This document shows, piece after piece, positions 21,297 through 32,100 of a DNA stretch of 64,000 nt. The notes beneath the pieces are model-generated. The model was not told the DNA's origin. It was given only the letters and a program-made list of their open reading frames with translations, and ran no database searches. Positions within the stretch are counted from its first letter, which is position 1. Each line of letters begins with the position of its first letter. Made by a program: the position numbers and the translations under genes. The stretch is from an uncultured delta proteobacterium. GTDB lineage: Bacteria > Desulfobacterota > Binatia > UBA9968. The stretch spans positions 512,001-576,000 of the forward strand of contig CAVSHR010000002.1 of assembly GCA_963727625.1 (NCBI GenBank), in the 5' to 3' direction.

Positions 21297-21438
21297 GTTC
21301 CAAAGGTTCCAGCGGTTCCAATCGTTCCAGTAGGTTCGCCGGGTTCAAATCGTTCAAGCCGTGCAACCGACCGAAACAGAGTTCATTAAACCATTGGAAC
21401 GATTGGTACGAAGCGCAGCGATGGAACGACTGGAACCG
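21297..21438. repeat. Inverted array of ~9-nt GTTCCA/GTTCAA units (REP-like)
   Basis: gttccaaag gttccagcg gttccaatc gttccag... mirrored by ttggaacga ttggtacga...atggaacga ctggaacc; related arrays at ~10610-10660, 37770-37812, 51115-51187. Confidence 0.75.
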
Positions 21439-21521
21439 GTCCCTGTTCCAGCCGATTGTGATTGACGACTCGACGGCTTAGCGATAACAGAGAAAACGAA
21501 TAAGCGGGAGGAGCGCTGATC

Positions 21522-22985
21522 ATGGCAAATCGAGCGGCACAAATTCATGACGGGTTGAAGCATCCGGTGATCGACGGCGACGGCCACTGGTTGGAGCCGA
21601 TTCCGATTTTCCTCGAGTACCTGAACGAAGTCGACGGCGCGAAATCTGTGGACCAGATGCGAGCGTTATGGCGCGGACGGGATGCATGGTACCGCGCCAC
21701 CCCAGATCAGCGTCAACAAAGCCGAATCCGTCGCGCCATCTGGTGGGGTGTGACGAGCGACACCTACGACAAGGCGACGGCGCTGCTGCCGGCCTTGCTG
21801 AACGAGCGACTGCCCGAGCTGGGCATCGACTTCGCGCTGATCTATCCGAGCTTCGGGCTGAGCATCAACGGCATGGGCGAGGGCGACCTGCACCGGGCCG
21901 CGGTGCGCGCCTACAACATGATGACGGCCGACATGTTCGCGCCCTTTGCCGCGCGCTTCGCGCCGGTTGCCATCATTCCCACCCACACGCCTGAAGAAGC
22001 TCTTGAGGAGCTGGAGTATGCCGTCGTCCAGCGCGAATACCGGGCGATCATGCTACGCGGAAATCAGGAGCGGACAATTCCAAGCGCGGCGGAAGCGGTC
22101 AATGACCGGCAGAAGGCCGCGTGGTATGTCGATACCATCGCGCTCGACAGCCCTTATGATTTCGAGCCGCTCTGGAAGCGCTGCGTCGAGCTTGGCGTCG
22201 CCGTGACCCAACACTCAGGCAGCGGCCGTTGGCAGGATCGCGCCTCGATCAGCAACTTCACCTACAATCACGTCGGCCACTTCGCCGAATCGAACCATGC
22301 GTTCGCGCGGGGAGTTTTCCTCGGCGGTCTGGTACGACGCTACCCGAGCCTCAATTTCGGCTTCATGGAAGGCGGCGTGAGTTGGGCATGCCAGATGTGT
22401 CTCGACATGATCGAGCACTGGGAGAAGCGCCGCCGCGCCGGCTTGCAGTATCCGAGCGAAACCGACATTGCCGAGATCAACCGGCTGATTGATCGCTACG
22501 GCGATCAAAAGCTGAAGGCCAACGCCGCCGCGCTCATGAACAGTCTGGACGCCTTCCGTCCGGAGTGCAGTCTTGAAGAGCTCAGCCGGCCCGAATATGT
22601 CACGGACGATTTCGAAGCGTCCGGCGTCAACTCAAAAGACGACGTTCGGGCAGTCTTCTCCGGCAACTTCTACTTCGGCTGCGAGGCGGACGATCGCGCA
22701 ACCATGTGGGCCTTCGATCCACGCATGGGCGTGCGGCTTCGGCCGATCTTCAGCTCGGACTTCACCCACTTCGACGTGCCCGATTTCAAGGAGGTGATTC
22801 CTGAAGCGTATGAGATGGTGGAGAGGAACTTCGTGACCGAACAGGATTTCAAAGAGTTCACCTTCACCAACGCCGCGCGCCTGCACACGCGCAACAACCC
22901 GGTATTCTTCAAAGGCACTGTCGTCGAGCGAGCAGTGGTCGATGAGTTGGGACTGAAGACGCGGTTGGCAGCGGCGAAAGCTTAA
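21522..22985 (+). CDS. Amidohydrolase family protein
   Basis: VIDGDGHWLE, FMEGGVSW, FSSDFTHFD motifs. Confidence 0.85.
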   Translation: MANRAAQIHDGLKHPVIDGDGHWLEPIPIFLEYLNEVDGAKSVDQMRALWRGRDAWYRATPDQRQQSRIRRAIWWGVTSDTYDKATALLPALLNERLPELGIDFALIYPSFGLSINGMGEGDLHRAAVRAYNMMTADMFAPFAARFAPVAIIPTHTPEEALEELEYAVVQREYRAIMLRGNQERTIPSAAEAVNDRQKAAWYVDTIALDSPYDFEPLWKRCVELGVAVTQHSGSGRWQDRASISNFTYNHVGHFAESNHAFARGVFLGGLVRRYPSLNFGFMEGGVSWACQMCLDMIEHWEKRRRAGLQYPSETDIAEINRLIDRYGDQKLKANAAALMNSLDAFRPECSLEELSRPEYVTDDFEASGVNSKDDVRAVFSGNFYFGCEADDRATMWAFDPRMGVRLRPIFSSDFTHFDVPDFKEVIPEAYEMVERNFVTEQDFKEFTFTNAARLHTRNNPVFFKGTVVERAVVDELGLKTRLAAAKA

Positions 22986-23042
22986 GTGGACGTATTTGAA
23001 CTTTTCGGTTGCGTCGAACTTTTCGGAATCGGAACGAGGATG

Positions 23043-23147
23043 TCCCCCGCAAAGGCGCAAAGACGCGAAGTTCGGAAAAAAACAAACCGATTTTCTTTGC
23101 GCGCTTGGCGTCCCTTCGACACGGCTCAGGGCATGCTTGGCGGGAGA
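23043..23147. repeat. REP-like inverted repeat with CGCAAAG/CTTGGCG 9-nt units
   Basis: cgcaaaggcgcaaagacgcgaag ... ctttgcgcgcttggcg...cttggcgggaga, with embedded CCCTTCGACACGGCTCAGGG; related copy at 27314-27413. Confidence 0.7.
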
Positions 23148-23365
23148 AAATATCTTGAACTCATTCTGTCAAGTATTTCCGACGGAAAAATCTATAAGAA
23201 GAATACGTGTCAGAAAAGACTTGACTAACTCTACTAATTTTTGTCCCTGATGTTCGTTCCGCACCGGAGCCGGGTTCGCATCGCTACTTTTCACATTCGG
23301 TAGCCGTGACGCACCGTTAAAACGTTTTAATCTCCCGTTGCCTGCGGGACGCAATGATAGCCAAA

Positions 23366-23995
23366 CTATTGAGCTGATACCTTCGCCTCGTCCTCGACGC
23401 TTTTCTTAACCGTCGAGCGGTTCATCATGCGCTCTTGCCAGGCAGTGTAGGCCTTGAGATCTTTCACCGGATAACCGCTGCGGCTGGCCCAGCCGTAGAA
23501 AACCAAAGCATAACTGTCGACGGCCGTGAAATCGCGGCCCATGACCCAGTCGTTGCCTTGGATCATCGAGTCGATCTCCTGGAGATTGGCCCAGAAAGAT
23601 TTCTTCCCATTTTCCTTGACCGCGGCTGTCGCCGCTTCGCCTTCGGCGAAACGCTCGGGGCGATGGGAGCGCTGGTACGACGGATGCACGACGCTGGAGA
23701 ACCAGCACATGGTGCCGATGCAGCGTGCCTCCTCGGCCGGATCCGCAGGCAGCAGCTTTTTATCCGGGAACCGCCGCGACAGGTAAGTGAGGATCGCCGT
23801 GTTCTCGACCAGGACCTTGCCGTCGACACTGAGCGCCGGGACTTTGCCGCGCGGGTTGATTTTCTGATAGGCCTCGGTCCGCTGCTGCCCCTTGGCCAGC
23901 AGGATCGGCTTGAGCTCGTAGGGCGCGCCGGTTTCCTCGAGACCGATATGCGAGGCCAAAGAACAAGCGCCGGGACTGAAATAGAGCGTCATCAT
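23366..23995 (-). CDS. Glutathione S-transferase (beta class-like)
   Basis: LYFSPGACSLASHI, INPRGKVPAL, EN.AIL.YL. Confidence 0.93.
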   Translation of the reverse strand: MMTLYFSPGACSLASHIGLEETGAPYELKPILLAKGQQRTEAYQKINPRGKVPALSVDGKVLVENTAILTYLSRRFPDKKLLPADPAEEARCIGTMCWFSSVVHPSYQRSHRPERFAEGEAATAAVKENGKKSFWANLQEIDSMIQGNDWVMGRDFTAVDSYALVFYGWASRSGYPVKDLKAYTAWQERMMNRSTVKKSVEDEAKVSAQ

Positions 23996-24102
23996 GGGAA
24001 CACCTCCTGAGTTGTCGAATTAATTTGGAGCGGTACGGGTGCGTACCGACGGGTTTAGGACCCGAGAGAAGAGTAAGCGCTGACAAGCGATGATGTCAAT
24101 CA

Positions 24103-24252
24103 TTAGGATGATTTGGTTGGACAGATATCGATCAGTTGAAGGGCTTCGGTTGATTTCAAGGCAAAAGCATCCGCCAACAACTCGTAGGAGCGATGGCGCG
24201 GAGCTGGATCGTAAGTCCATGTGACCACCAGCAGCTCGTCGAGTTCTTTGAG
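24103..24252 (-). pseudogene. 3' fragment of LLM-class oxidoreductase
   Basis: Translates LDELLVVTWTYDPAPRHRSYELLADAF, a diverged copy of the C-terminus of 26197-27234. Confidence 0.85.
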
Positions 24253-24789
24253 TCACGAAGCCACTGGCTCTGCAGATCCGACAATCGTCATCTCCGCAGA
24301 GACGCCCTTACAGCGCGCTGTTGACCGACCGGACTTGTTGAGAACTAATCGGGCTGGGAAAAAATTATCTGGCAAGTCATCCGCCATTTCGAACTCGGCA
24401 ACAGCGTGATCCTCTTCTGCACGCGAGCGGGCGAAGGTGATCTGCCCTGTATGTGCTGTAAAGCTCGCGACGCCTACTTCGCCTGAAGGCGCCGGATTTC
24501 GCCCATTGGCGCGGCGGGCTCAAAAAAGAAATTTTGCCGTATAAAAATTTGTGCTGCGATTTCGGCAGCTTAGGAAGCAAGGATAATTCGGTATGGCGTA
24601 GCCTCAAAATTTTTGAATTGTTATCCTGAATGGAGTGACCGGATATGGTTGTTACCAGATCCTGCCTTGCCAGTTCGCTACCTTCGAGAACAGTAGGGTG
24701 AGCATATTCTTTTAACGGGCGCGCTTCGCCGTTGGACAGCGAGGATCGAAGCCGCGTCGTGGCATTTATTTAATTGACAAGGAGGTCCT

Positions 24790-25839
24790 ATGAAAAAACA
24801 AAAAAGCTTCATCGCCGCCGTCATATTGGGTGCGGCGATGACCCTGTATCCGGCGTTTACGTTCGCCAACGATTTCTACTCGGGGAAAACCATTAACATC
24901 ATCGTGGGATACCGCGCCGGGGGCGGCTACGACACCTATACGAGAATCGTCGCCCGGCATCTGGGAAATCATATTCCAGGCAACCCGGCCGTCGTGGTCG
25001 AGAACAAAGGCGGCGCGGGGAGTAAGCTTGCCGCCAACTACCTGTACAGCCGCTCCAACGCCGACGGTCTGACCGCGGGCGTGTTCGGCGGCGGCTTGAT
25101 GACGCAACAGGCGCTGGGCTCGAAAGGCGTGAAATTCGACGGTCGGAAGTTCAAGTGGGTCGGATCGATGGCCGGGGGCAATCCCGCCTGCGTCATTATG
25201 GCTTTTACCGGTCTTAAAACCCTGGACGACGTGCTCGCCTCGAAAAAAATTCTCAAGATGGGTTCCACAGGAGCCGGCTCCACCACGGATGATTTGCCAA
25301 AATTAATGAAGGGGTTGATGGGTGCGAAATTTGACGTGGTTTCAGGATTCAAAGGAACATCGGCGATTCGTGTGTCGATGCAACGCCGCGAGCTTGACGG
25401 CGCCTGCTGGACCTGGGATTCCATTCGGGTCACGGCCCGATCCATGCTCGACGCCCGGGGTGACAAGAAGTTGATCCCATACTTGATCGAAGGAAAATTT
25501 GAGGACCCGGAGGTCGTGAACCTGCCGCAAATCAGTGAAACGGTCAAGGGCAAGGAGAACGTCGCGGCCATTCGTGCCTGGTTGGCGCCGTATAAAATGC
25601 TGCGTCCGGTCGCTTTGCCGCCGGGGACCCCTCAGGATAGAGTCGAGATTTTTCGCAACGGACTGATGCAAACCATGAAAGATCCGGCGTTTCTGAAGGA
25701 AGCGAAAAAATTGAATCTTGACGTAGATTTCATCTCCGGGCCGGACGCGGAGAAATTGGTCGAAGAGTCGTTGACTCTGACGCCCGCCGTGAAAGAAAAA
25801 TTGGTCTCCTTGATCGGCCCGAAGAAACGCACCAACTGA
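24790..25839 (+). CDS. Tripartite tricarboxylate transporter (Bug/TctC) substrate-binding protein
   Basis: GYRAGGGYDTY.R, HIPGNP.VVVEN.GGAG, LPPGTP; AGGAGG RBS. Confidence 0.9.
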   Translation: MKKQKSFIAAVILGAAMTLYPAFTFANDFYSGKTINIIVGYRAGGGYDTYTRIVARHLGNHIPGNPAVVVENKGGAGSKLAANYLYSRSNADGLTAGVFGGGLMTQQALGSKGVKFDGRKFKWVGSMAGGNPACVIMAFTGLKTLDDVLASKKILKMGSTGAGSTTDDLPKLMKGLMGAKFDVVSGFKGTSAIRVSMQRRELDGACWTWDSIRVTARSMLDARGDKKLIPYLIEGKFEDPEVVNLPQISETVKGKENVAAIRAWLAPYKMLRPVALPPGTPQDRVEIFRNGLMQTMKDPAFLKEAKKLNLDVDFISGPDAEKLVEESLTLTPAVKEKLVSLIGPKKRTN

Positions 25840-25912
25840 CCAATCAATAGCATCTAGCGTCGAAACATATTGCCGCCCGAGGAGCGTAGCCGTCATGGCA
25901 CGCTCATCGGGC

Positions 25913-26080
25913 GGTCTACTGTATCGCTTCCGCAACGCCGGCGTTGCCGCGGCGCGACGCACTCGTTGACGTACGACCCGCGTTTCTCGTCGCCCGCGTA
26001 CCGGCGGCGCGGATAAGATTACCGAACTGGATTTGAATCCCTTGGTCGCGCTGCCGGTCGGACAAGGTGCGTTCACCGGA
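25913..26080 (+). pseudogene. Degenerate fragment of acetate/acyl-CoA ligase ATP-grasp domain
   Basis: Across frameshifts: LLYRFRN / DALVDV / RVSR...ITELDLNPLVALPVGQGA. Confidence 0.6.
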
Positions 26081-26196
26081 CAATGGGAAAACCGGAGCGC
26101 TGTTTCCTGGCTGGACAAAGTCCGAGTTGGGGGAAACAAGCAGGGCCTCGGATTTGGTTCACCGATTGCTCGCGGCAAAGAGAATCTCGATTGCGC

Positions 26197-27234
26197 CTAA
26201 CGAGCCGCTGCTTTTCCCAATTCAAAGGCTTCGGCCAGCAGCTCGTAAGAACGATGGCGCGGCGCGAGGTCGTAAGTCCACGTGACGACCACCAGTTCGT
26301 CCAGGTCCAGACTTTTCGCCAGCTCTCTCAATCGCTCAGCGACCTGATCTTTAGCCCCGACGATCGCCTTTCGGCGCAGCTTCTCGGCAGTCGCCAGCTC
26401 CGAGGAGGAATAGGGCCGCTCCGCCTCCTCGGGCGGCATGAGCGGCAGGCGGATACCTTGCCGGCGATCGATCATTGCGCGCTCGCGGCTTTTGAACTGG
26501 AAGAGCGCATCCTCCTCGGTGTCGGCCGCCAGAGCCCAGACGCAGATCGTCGCGATCGGCTTAGGGCTTCTTTCGCTGGGGCGATAGTTCTTGCGGTAAA
26601 GCTCCAGCGCCTGCTCGACGCCGGTCCCCTCGCTGAAAAAGTATGCGAACGCGTAGGGCAAGCCAAAATACGCGGCGAGTTGCGCGCCGTAGTCCGAGCT
26701 GCCGAGAATCCATAGTTCCGGACTGCTCGGCCCCGTCGGTTGGGCGACAACTGTCCTGAAGGGATGGCCCTCAGGCAGAGGAGTTCCCGACACCCAGTGT
26801 TGCAGCTCCTGTACTTGCCGGGGGAATTGGTCGAGGACATTCTGGGGGTTCGGATTGAGGGCGTAGGACGTCATCTGGTCGGACCCGGGCGCTCGTCCGA
26901 CTCCCAAATCGATGCGTCCTGGAGCGATCGCCTCCAGGACGCGGAATTGCTCGGCGACTTTCAGCGCCGAATAGTGCGGCAGCATGACGCCGGCGCTGCC
27001 GATGCGGATGCGCGGTGTGGTGGCGGCAATCGCAGCCATGAGTATCTCGGGCGCTGTGCCGACGATGCTGCCGGAGTTGTGGTGCTCCGAGACCCAGTAG
27101 CGATGATAACCCAGGGCGTCGCAGTGGAGCGCGAGCTCGAGGGTCTCGCGGATCGCAACGTCCTGCGCTCTCCCCCTGGACGCGGTCGATTGATCGAGGA
27201 CTGACAATCTCATGGGTGCCTGCTTGTCGGGCAT
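26197..27234 (-). CDS. LLM class flavin-dependent oxidoreductase (luciferase-like)
   Basis: LSVLDQS, WVSEHH, RIGSAGVMLPHY, GRIDLGVGRAPG. Confidence 0.93.
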   Translation of the reverse strand: MPDKQAPMRLSVLDQSTASRGRAQDVAIRETLELALHCDALGYHRYWVSEHHNSGSIVGTAPEILMAAIAATTPRIRIGSAGVMLPHYSALKVAEQFRVLEAIAPGRIDLGVGRAPGSDQMTSYALNPNPQNVLDQFPRQVQELQHWVSGTPLPEGHPFRTVVAQPTGPSSPELWILGSSDYGAQLAAYFGLPYAFAYFFSEGTGVEQALELYRKNYRPSERSPKPIATICVWALAADTEEDALFQFKSRERAMIDRRQGIRLPLMPPEEAERPYSSSELATAEKLRRKAIVGAKDQVAERLRELAKSLDLDELVVVTWTYDLAPRHRSYELLAEAFELGKAAAR

Positions 27235-27313
27235 TGTTTATTCTGGATTTACTGCGAATAGCATTCGCCACGAATGATTTTGTCTGGCAAGACGACAACC
27301 AAACACCGGAATA

Positions 27314-27413
27314 TCTCGCGCAAAGCTCGCCAAGACCGCCAAGTTAAGAGATCAAATCTCCTTGGGGTCTGGAGTTAGGAGGCCTTCGCGTGCTTGGCGC
27401 ACTTGGCGCGAGA
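27314..27413. repeat. REP-like inverted repeat
   Basis: tctcgcgcaaag..cgccaag..cgccaag ... cttggcg..cttggcgcgaga. Confidence 0.7.
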
Positions 27414-27423
27414 AAACCCTCTG

Positions 27424-28338
27424 TCAGCCGAATCGATCGCCGACCTGCAAGTTCACTTGTTTGGCGAACTCCGCCGCCGACACTTTTCCACCTTCGCCGC
27501 GCATTCTCTTCACAGTCAACGTGCCGCCGTCGAGGGCGACGGTGATTTCTTCCGCGCCGATATCAGTCACTTGGCCTGCCGGTGCTGAACTCTTTCCTGT
27601 TTGTAACCGCCCGTCGAAGACGCGCACCATCTTGCCTTTGTAGGTCGTGTGCGCGCCGGGCTGCGGGTCGCAGCCGCGAATTAAATTGTAAACTTGCTGC
27701 GCCGGCTTCGACCAATCGATCTTGGCGTGCTCGTCGGTGCAGGGCGGATCGTAGGTCGCTTGCGATTCATCCTGCACGATGCGCGGCGGGTTGCCGGCTT
27801 TGATCAGATCGACTGCCTCACCGATCGCCTCGATGCCCAGGGGAAAGATTTTATTGAAATAAAGCGACCCGGTGGTGTCGTCGGGCTCGACCTTCACTTC
27901 CTTTTGGAGCAAAACTGGACCGGTGTCGATGCCTGAATCGACCCAAAAGAGACTCAGCCCGGTGACGGTTTCACCCTTGATCAAAGCCCAGTTGATGGCG
28001 CTGGCACCGCGATATTTAGGCAAGAGCGAAGGATGAAAGCAGATACTGCCTAAGCGCGGAACGCTGAACACTTGCCGGGGTACGATAAAGCTTACGAAAG
28101 CGAGAATCGCCAGGTCGGCGTTGAGGGCGACAAATTCATCCCGAACTTCCGGGGCTCTGAATGATTTGTGTTGACGAACTGGAATGCCGAGCTGAAGCGC
28201 CTTCTGCTTGACCGGATCGAGTCTGCCGCCGGGCGCGTCGGGGGGGCAGTAAACCGCGACGATTTCTTCGCCTTGCCCGAGAAGTTTTTCCAGAGTCTGT
28301 TCCGCGAACGCCGCTTGTCCGATGAGAATAACCCGCAT
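27424..28338 (-). CDS. Formyltransferase family protein (Fmt-like / 10-formyl-THF hydrolase-like)
   Basis: FHPSLLPKYRGASAINW, IDTGP, IRGCDPQPGA. Confidence 0.85.
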   Translation of the reverse strand: MRVILIGQAAFAEQTLEKLLGQGEEIVAVYCPPDAPGGRLDPVKQKALQLGIPVRQHKSFRAPEVRDEFVALNADLAILAFVSFIVPRQVFSVPRLGSICFHPSLLPKYRGASAINWALIKGETVTGLSLFWVDSGIDTGPVLLQKEVKVEPDDTTGSLYFNKIFPLGIEAIGEAVDLIKAGNPPRIVQDESQATYDPPCTDEHAKIDWSKPAQQVYNLIRGCDPQPGAHTTYKGKMVRVFDGRLQTGKSSAPAGQVTDIGAEEITVALDGGTLTVKRMRGEGGKVSAAEFAKQVNLQVGDRFG

Positions 28339-28418
28339 GCTGTTCTGCTCCAGTTTGAACGACCGTCTTCATAGGCTTCGCGATCACGAACCAGGAACAC
28401 GATCACGTCATTTTTTCT

Positions 28419-28946
28419 TCAACCGATGACTTTGTAATCGCCGCCCATGTAGCTTTTGCAGAGATTCATATAGGTCGACGAACCCATCTTGATCCAGTGC
28501 AAAGCCTCGCCGGCCAATTCTTTCTTCACTTTCGCCGGCGCGCCGGCGGCGAGGACTCTGGGAGGGATTATCGTATGCGGGACGACCACGCTGCCCGCGG
28601 CGATCAGCGCCTCTTCGCCGATTTCTACATTCTCTAGGAGCGTCACGTTCATGCCGATGATCGCGCCGCGCTTGATCAGCGGCCCTTCCATGATCGCGCC
28701 GTGGCCAATGGTGCAATCATCCTCGATGATCGTCGGCGCCTCGCCGGAATGGAGCACGCAGTTGTCCTGGATACTGGTGCGCGCGCCGACGACGATGGGA
28801 TTGGCATTTTGATCAGACCTGAGCACCGCGCCCCACCAGATGCTCGCCTCGTCGCCGACAGTGACATCGCCGATAATCACCGCGGTCGGCGCGATAAACG
28901 CCGTCGGCGCAATGTTCGGCTTCTTGCCTCGGTATTCAATGATCAT
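28419..28946 (-). CDS. Gamma carbonic anhydrase family protein
   Basis: Hexapeptide repeats, IQDNCVLH, TIGHGA, GAPAK. Confidence 0.9.
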   Translation of the reverse strand: MIIEYRGKKPNIAPTAFIAPTAVIIGDVTVGDEASIWWGAVLRSDQNANPIVVGARTSIQDNCVLHSGEAPTIIEDDCTIGHGAIMEGPLIKRGAIIGMNVTLLENVEIGEEALIAAGSVVVPHTIIPPRVLAAGAPAKVKKELAGEALHWIKMGSSTYMNLCKSYMGGDYKVIG

Positions 28947-29130
28947 TCGGAATCGTCCTCCGTCGAATATCAGTCACGATATGGGACGGTCGTGCGGAAA
29001 TCAAGTTTGGTGTCCTTGGGCAATCTGTTCCTTTCATACACAGATCGCCTACTAGGGGACTGAATCTTCGCGGCGTTCGTTGGAGCGAGGGTGGAGCCCG
29101 CTCGAATCCACGCGAAAGTTCGAAGAGAAA

Positions 29131-29146
29131 TGGCGGACGGTGAGAG
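29131..29146 (-). other. tRNA-Ser-like 3' end relic CTCTCACCGTCCGCCA
   Basis: T-stem + acceptor strand + G discriminator + CCA directly after the NRPS stop. Confidence 0.4.
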
Positions 29147-29147
29147 T

Positions 29148-32100
29148 CTAAGGGTTTTTCAGCAGCGAAGTACTGTTTTTATTCAAGCGCTGATTCACTT
29201 CCTGGTCCGAAAGCGACTCAAGCTCGGCCAAGAGAACCGTCATGTCCCCGCCAGCGGCTTTATGGGAGTGCGCCCGTTCGATCTCCGCGGCCAACTCGGC
29301 CACCGTCGGTGATTCAAACAACGCCCGCAAAGGTAAGTCGCACGACAGCCGAGTCCGGATACGCGAAACGACCTGTGTAGCGATAAGCGAATGACCGCCC
29401 AGTTGAAAGAAGTTGTCGTGGATGCCGATTTTGTCGAGCTTGAGGACTTCGGCCCAGATATTTGCCAGCAGTTCCTCCACCGGCGTGCGCGGAGCGGTAT
29501 AGGAGTGCTCCAGTTCGGGTCTGCTTTGATCCGGAGCCGGCAGGGCCTTGCGGTCCACCTTGCCGTTGGGGGTGAGAGGCAGTGAATCCAAGAAAAGAAA
29601 CGCCGACGGCACCATGTACTCGGGGAGCTTCTGTTGCAGAAAGCCGCGTAGTTCACTGACCGAAGGGATGGAGCCGGAAGCTCCGACTAGATAGGCCACC
29701 AGCCGCTTGTCACCGGGGCTATCTTCTCGGGCCAGCACAACAGCTTCTCGAACTATTGGATGCTGTCCCAGGACAGTCTCGATTTCCCCCAACTCAATCC
29801 GATACCCCCGGATCTTGACCTGGTTGTCGATGCGGCCTAAAAACTCAATGTTACCGTCGGGTAAGTAGCGGCCCAGGTCGCCGGTCTTGTACAAGCGGCT
29901 TTGTGGCTCGGCGCCGAATGGATTCGGAATGAATTTCTCTGCGGTTAATTCCGGACGGTTTAAATAACCTCGGGCTAAACCCGCTCCGCCTACATGCAAC
30001 TCTCCTGCGACTCCGATCGGTACGGGATTCAAATGCGAATCAAGGATGTAAATCTCGGTGTTCGCTATCGGCTTGCCGATGGGAACAGTTGTGGAATTGC
30101 TATACTTTCTGCACTCCCAAGCAGTGACATCAATCGATGCTTCGGTAGGGCCATAGAGATTGTGCAGCGCTGCCGTGCTGCGTTCAAAGAAACGTTGTTC
30201 CAGATCATGGGATAAAGCCTCGCCGCTACAGAAGACATGCTTCAAGCTGATACATTCCTCGATACCTGGCGCCTGCAAAAATACCTGGAGCAAAGATGGA
30301 ACGAAGTGAAGCGTCGTAATCTGCTGTGACTTGATGAGATGGACAAGATAAGCGCTATCTCGATGGCCTTCTGGCCGAGCCATGACGAGACAAGCGCCGC
30401 TGATCAACGGCCAGAAAAACTCCCAGACCGATACATCGAACGTGAAAAGCGTCTTCTGCAAGACCCGGTCCGCAGGTGTGAGGCAATACTTTTCCTGCAT
30501 CCACTGCAAACGGTTGAGCAAGCCACCATGAACATTGACCACACCCTTGGGCGTGCCCGTCGAGCCCGAGGTGTAGATCATGTAGGCAGCGTTCCCGGCC
30601 CTCGTCTGAGGGAAGGGGTTCCTGTCACACTGCTGAGTGATCTGATCCCAAGCTGTATCCAGGCACAGTACCTGAGCTCGATGAGCGGGGAGACCCTGGA
30701 GGAGATGTCGTTGAGTTAAAAGTAAGGGCGTTTGGCTATCGTTCAGCATGAACCCCATGCGCTCTTTGGGATAGTTCGGATCGAGGGGAACGTAGGCCCC
30801 GCCGGCTTTGAGAATGCCCAATAGTCCCACGACCATCTCTAGGGATCGCTCCATGCAGATGCCGACCAGCACCTCTGGGCCGACGCCGAGCGTTTGTAAG
30901 TGATGGGCGAGTTGGTTGCCGCGGTGATTCAACTCTCGGTAGGTAAGCTTTTGATCTTCAAAAATAACGGCGACTGCTTCGGGCGTTTTCTCCACCTGTT
31001 TTTCAAACAACTGATGGATGCACTTGTCCTTGGGATAATCGATCGTGGTGTCGTTCCACTCGACCAATAGCTGGTGCTTCTCGGCTTCGGTGAGAATCGG
31101 TAATTCGCTGATCCGCTGATCGGGATTAGACACTATCCCTTCCAGTAAAATCTTAAAATGTCCCACCATCCTTTCGATGGTATCTGCATTGAACAGGCTG
31201 GTATCGTAGTCGCAGTATCCTCTTAGATGCCCGTCTATCTCCTCCATAAAAACATGCAGATCAAACCTGGCAATACCGGTTTCAACTTCCAGTTCTTCCA
31301 CTGTGACACCGGTCAATTGTGGCCGAACCCGAGGCGTATTTCGAAAAACGAAGCTCACCTGAAACAACGGATTGTGGCCTAGATTTCGATCGGGATGCAG
31401 CTCTTCCACAAGCTTCTCAAAAGGCAATTCTTGATGGGTTAAAGCCCCTAAACATACCTCCCGCACTCGACGAATCGCTTCAGCAAAAGTTGGATTGCCG
31501 GATAGGTCGAGGCGCAGCACCAACGTGTTTAAAAAGAAACCGATCAGATCTTCAAACTCTCTGCGGCCTCGTCCGGCAACAGGAGACCCGATCACCACGT
31601 CCGTCTGGCCGCTATAACGATGGAGCAACGTCTGAAACGCCGCCAATATGGTCATAAAGAGAGTCGCCCCGTATTGGCGACTTAACCTATTGAGCTCGGA
31701 AGAGAGTGCATCTGAGAATACGAAGTACCGCCGAGCTCCGCGTGTGGTCTGTAAGGCCTGCTTAGGACGATCAGTTGGTAATTGCAGAGTCGCGATGTTA
31801 TCGAGCTGTTTTTTCCAATAGGACAATTGCGACTCAAACCGCTCGCCCTCAAACCACTGTCTCTGCCACTTGGCATAATCCGCATATTGGGCCGGCAGGT
31901 CGGAAAGCGGCGATCGTTGTCCGGTCGATAGAGCGTCGTAGATTTCAGATAGCTCGCGCAACAGAACTGCCTCGGACCAGCCATCATAAACAATGTGATG
32001 CATTGCTCGAACCAAAACATATTCATCATCGGCCAGTTGAAGCAGCGTGACTCGAAGCAACGGGCCGATAGCTAAATCGAAAGGCCGCTGAGCTTCTTCT

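Noticed and set aside
21297-21438. CRISPR array
   Set aside because: Units are ~9 nt, degenerate and inverted, with no spacers and no cas genes
25342-26178. 278-aa minus-strand ORF and similar long shadow ORFs (e.g. 47965-48864, 37970-38815)
   Set aside because: Antisense or alternate-frame shadows of well-supported genes in GC-rich DNA
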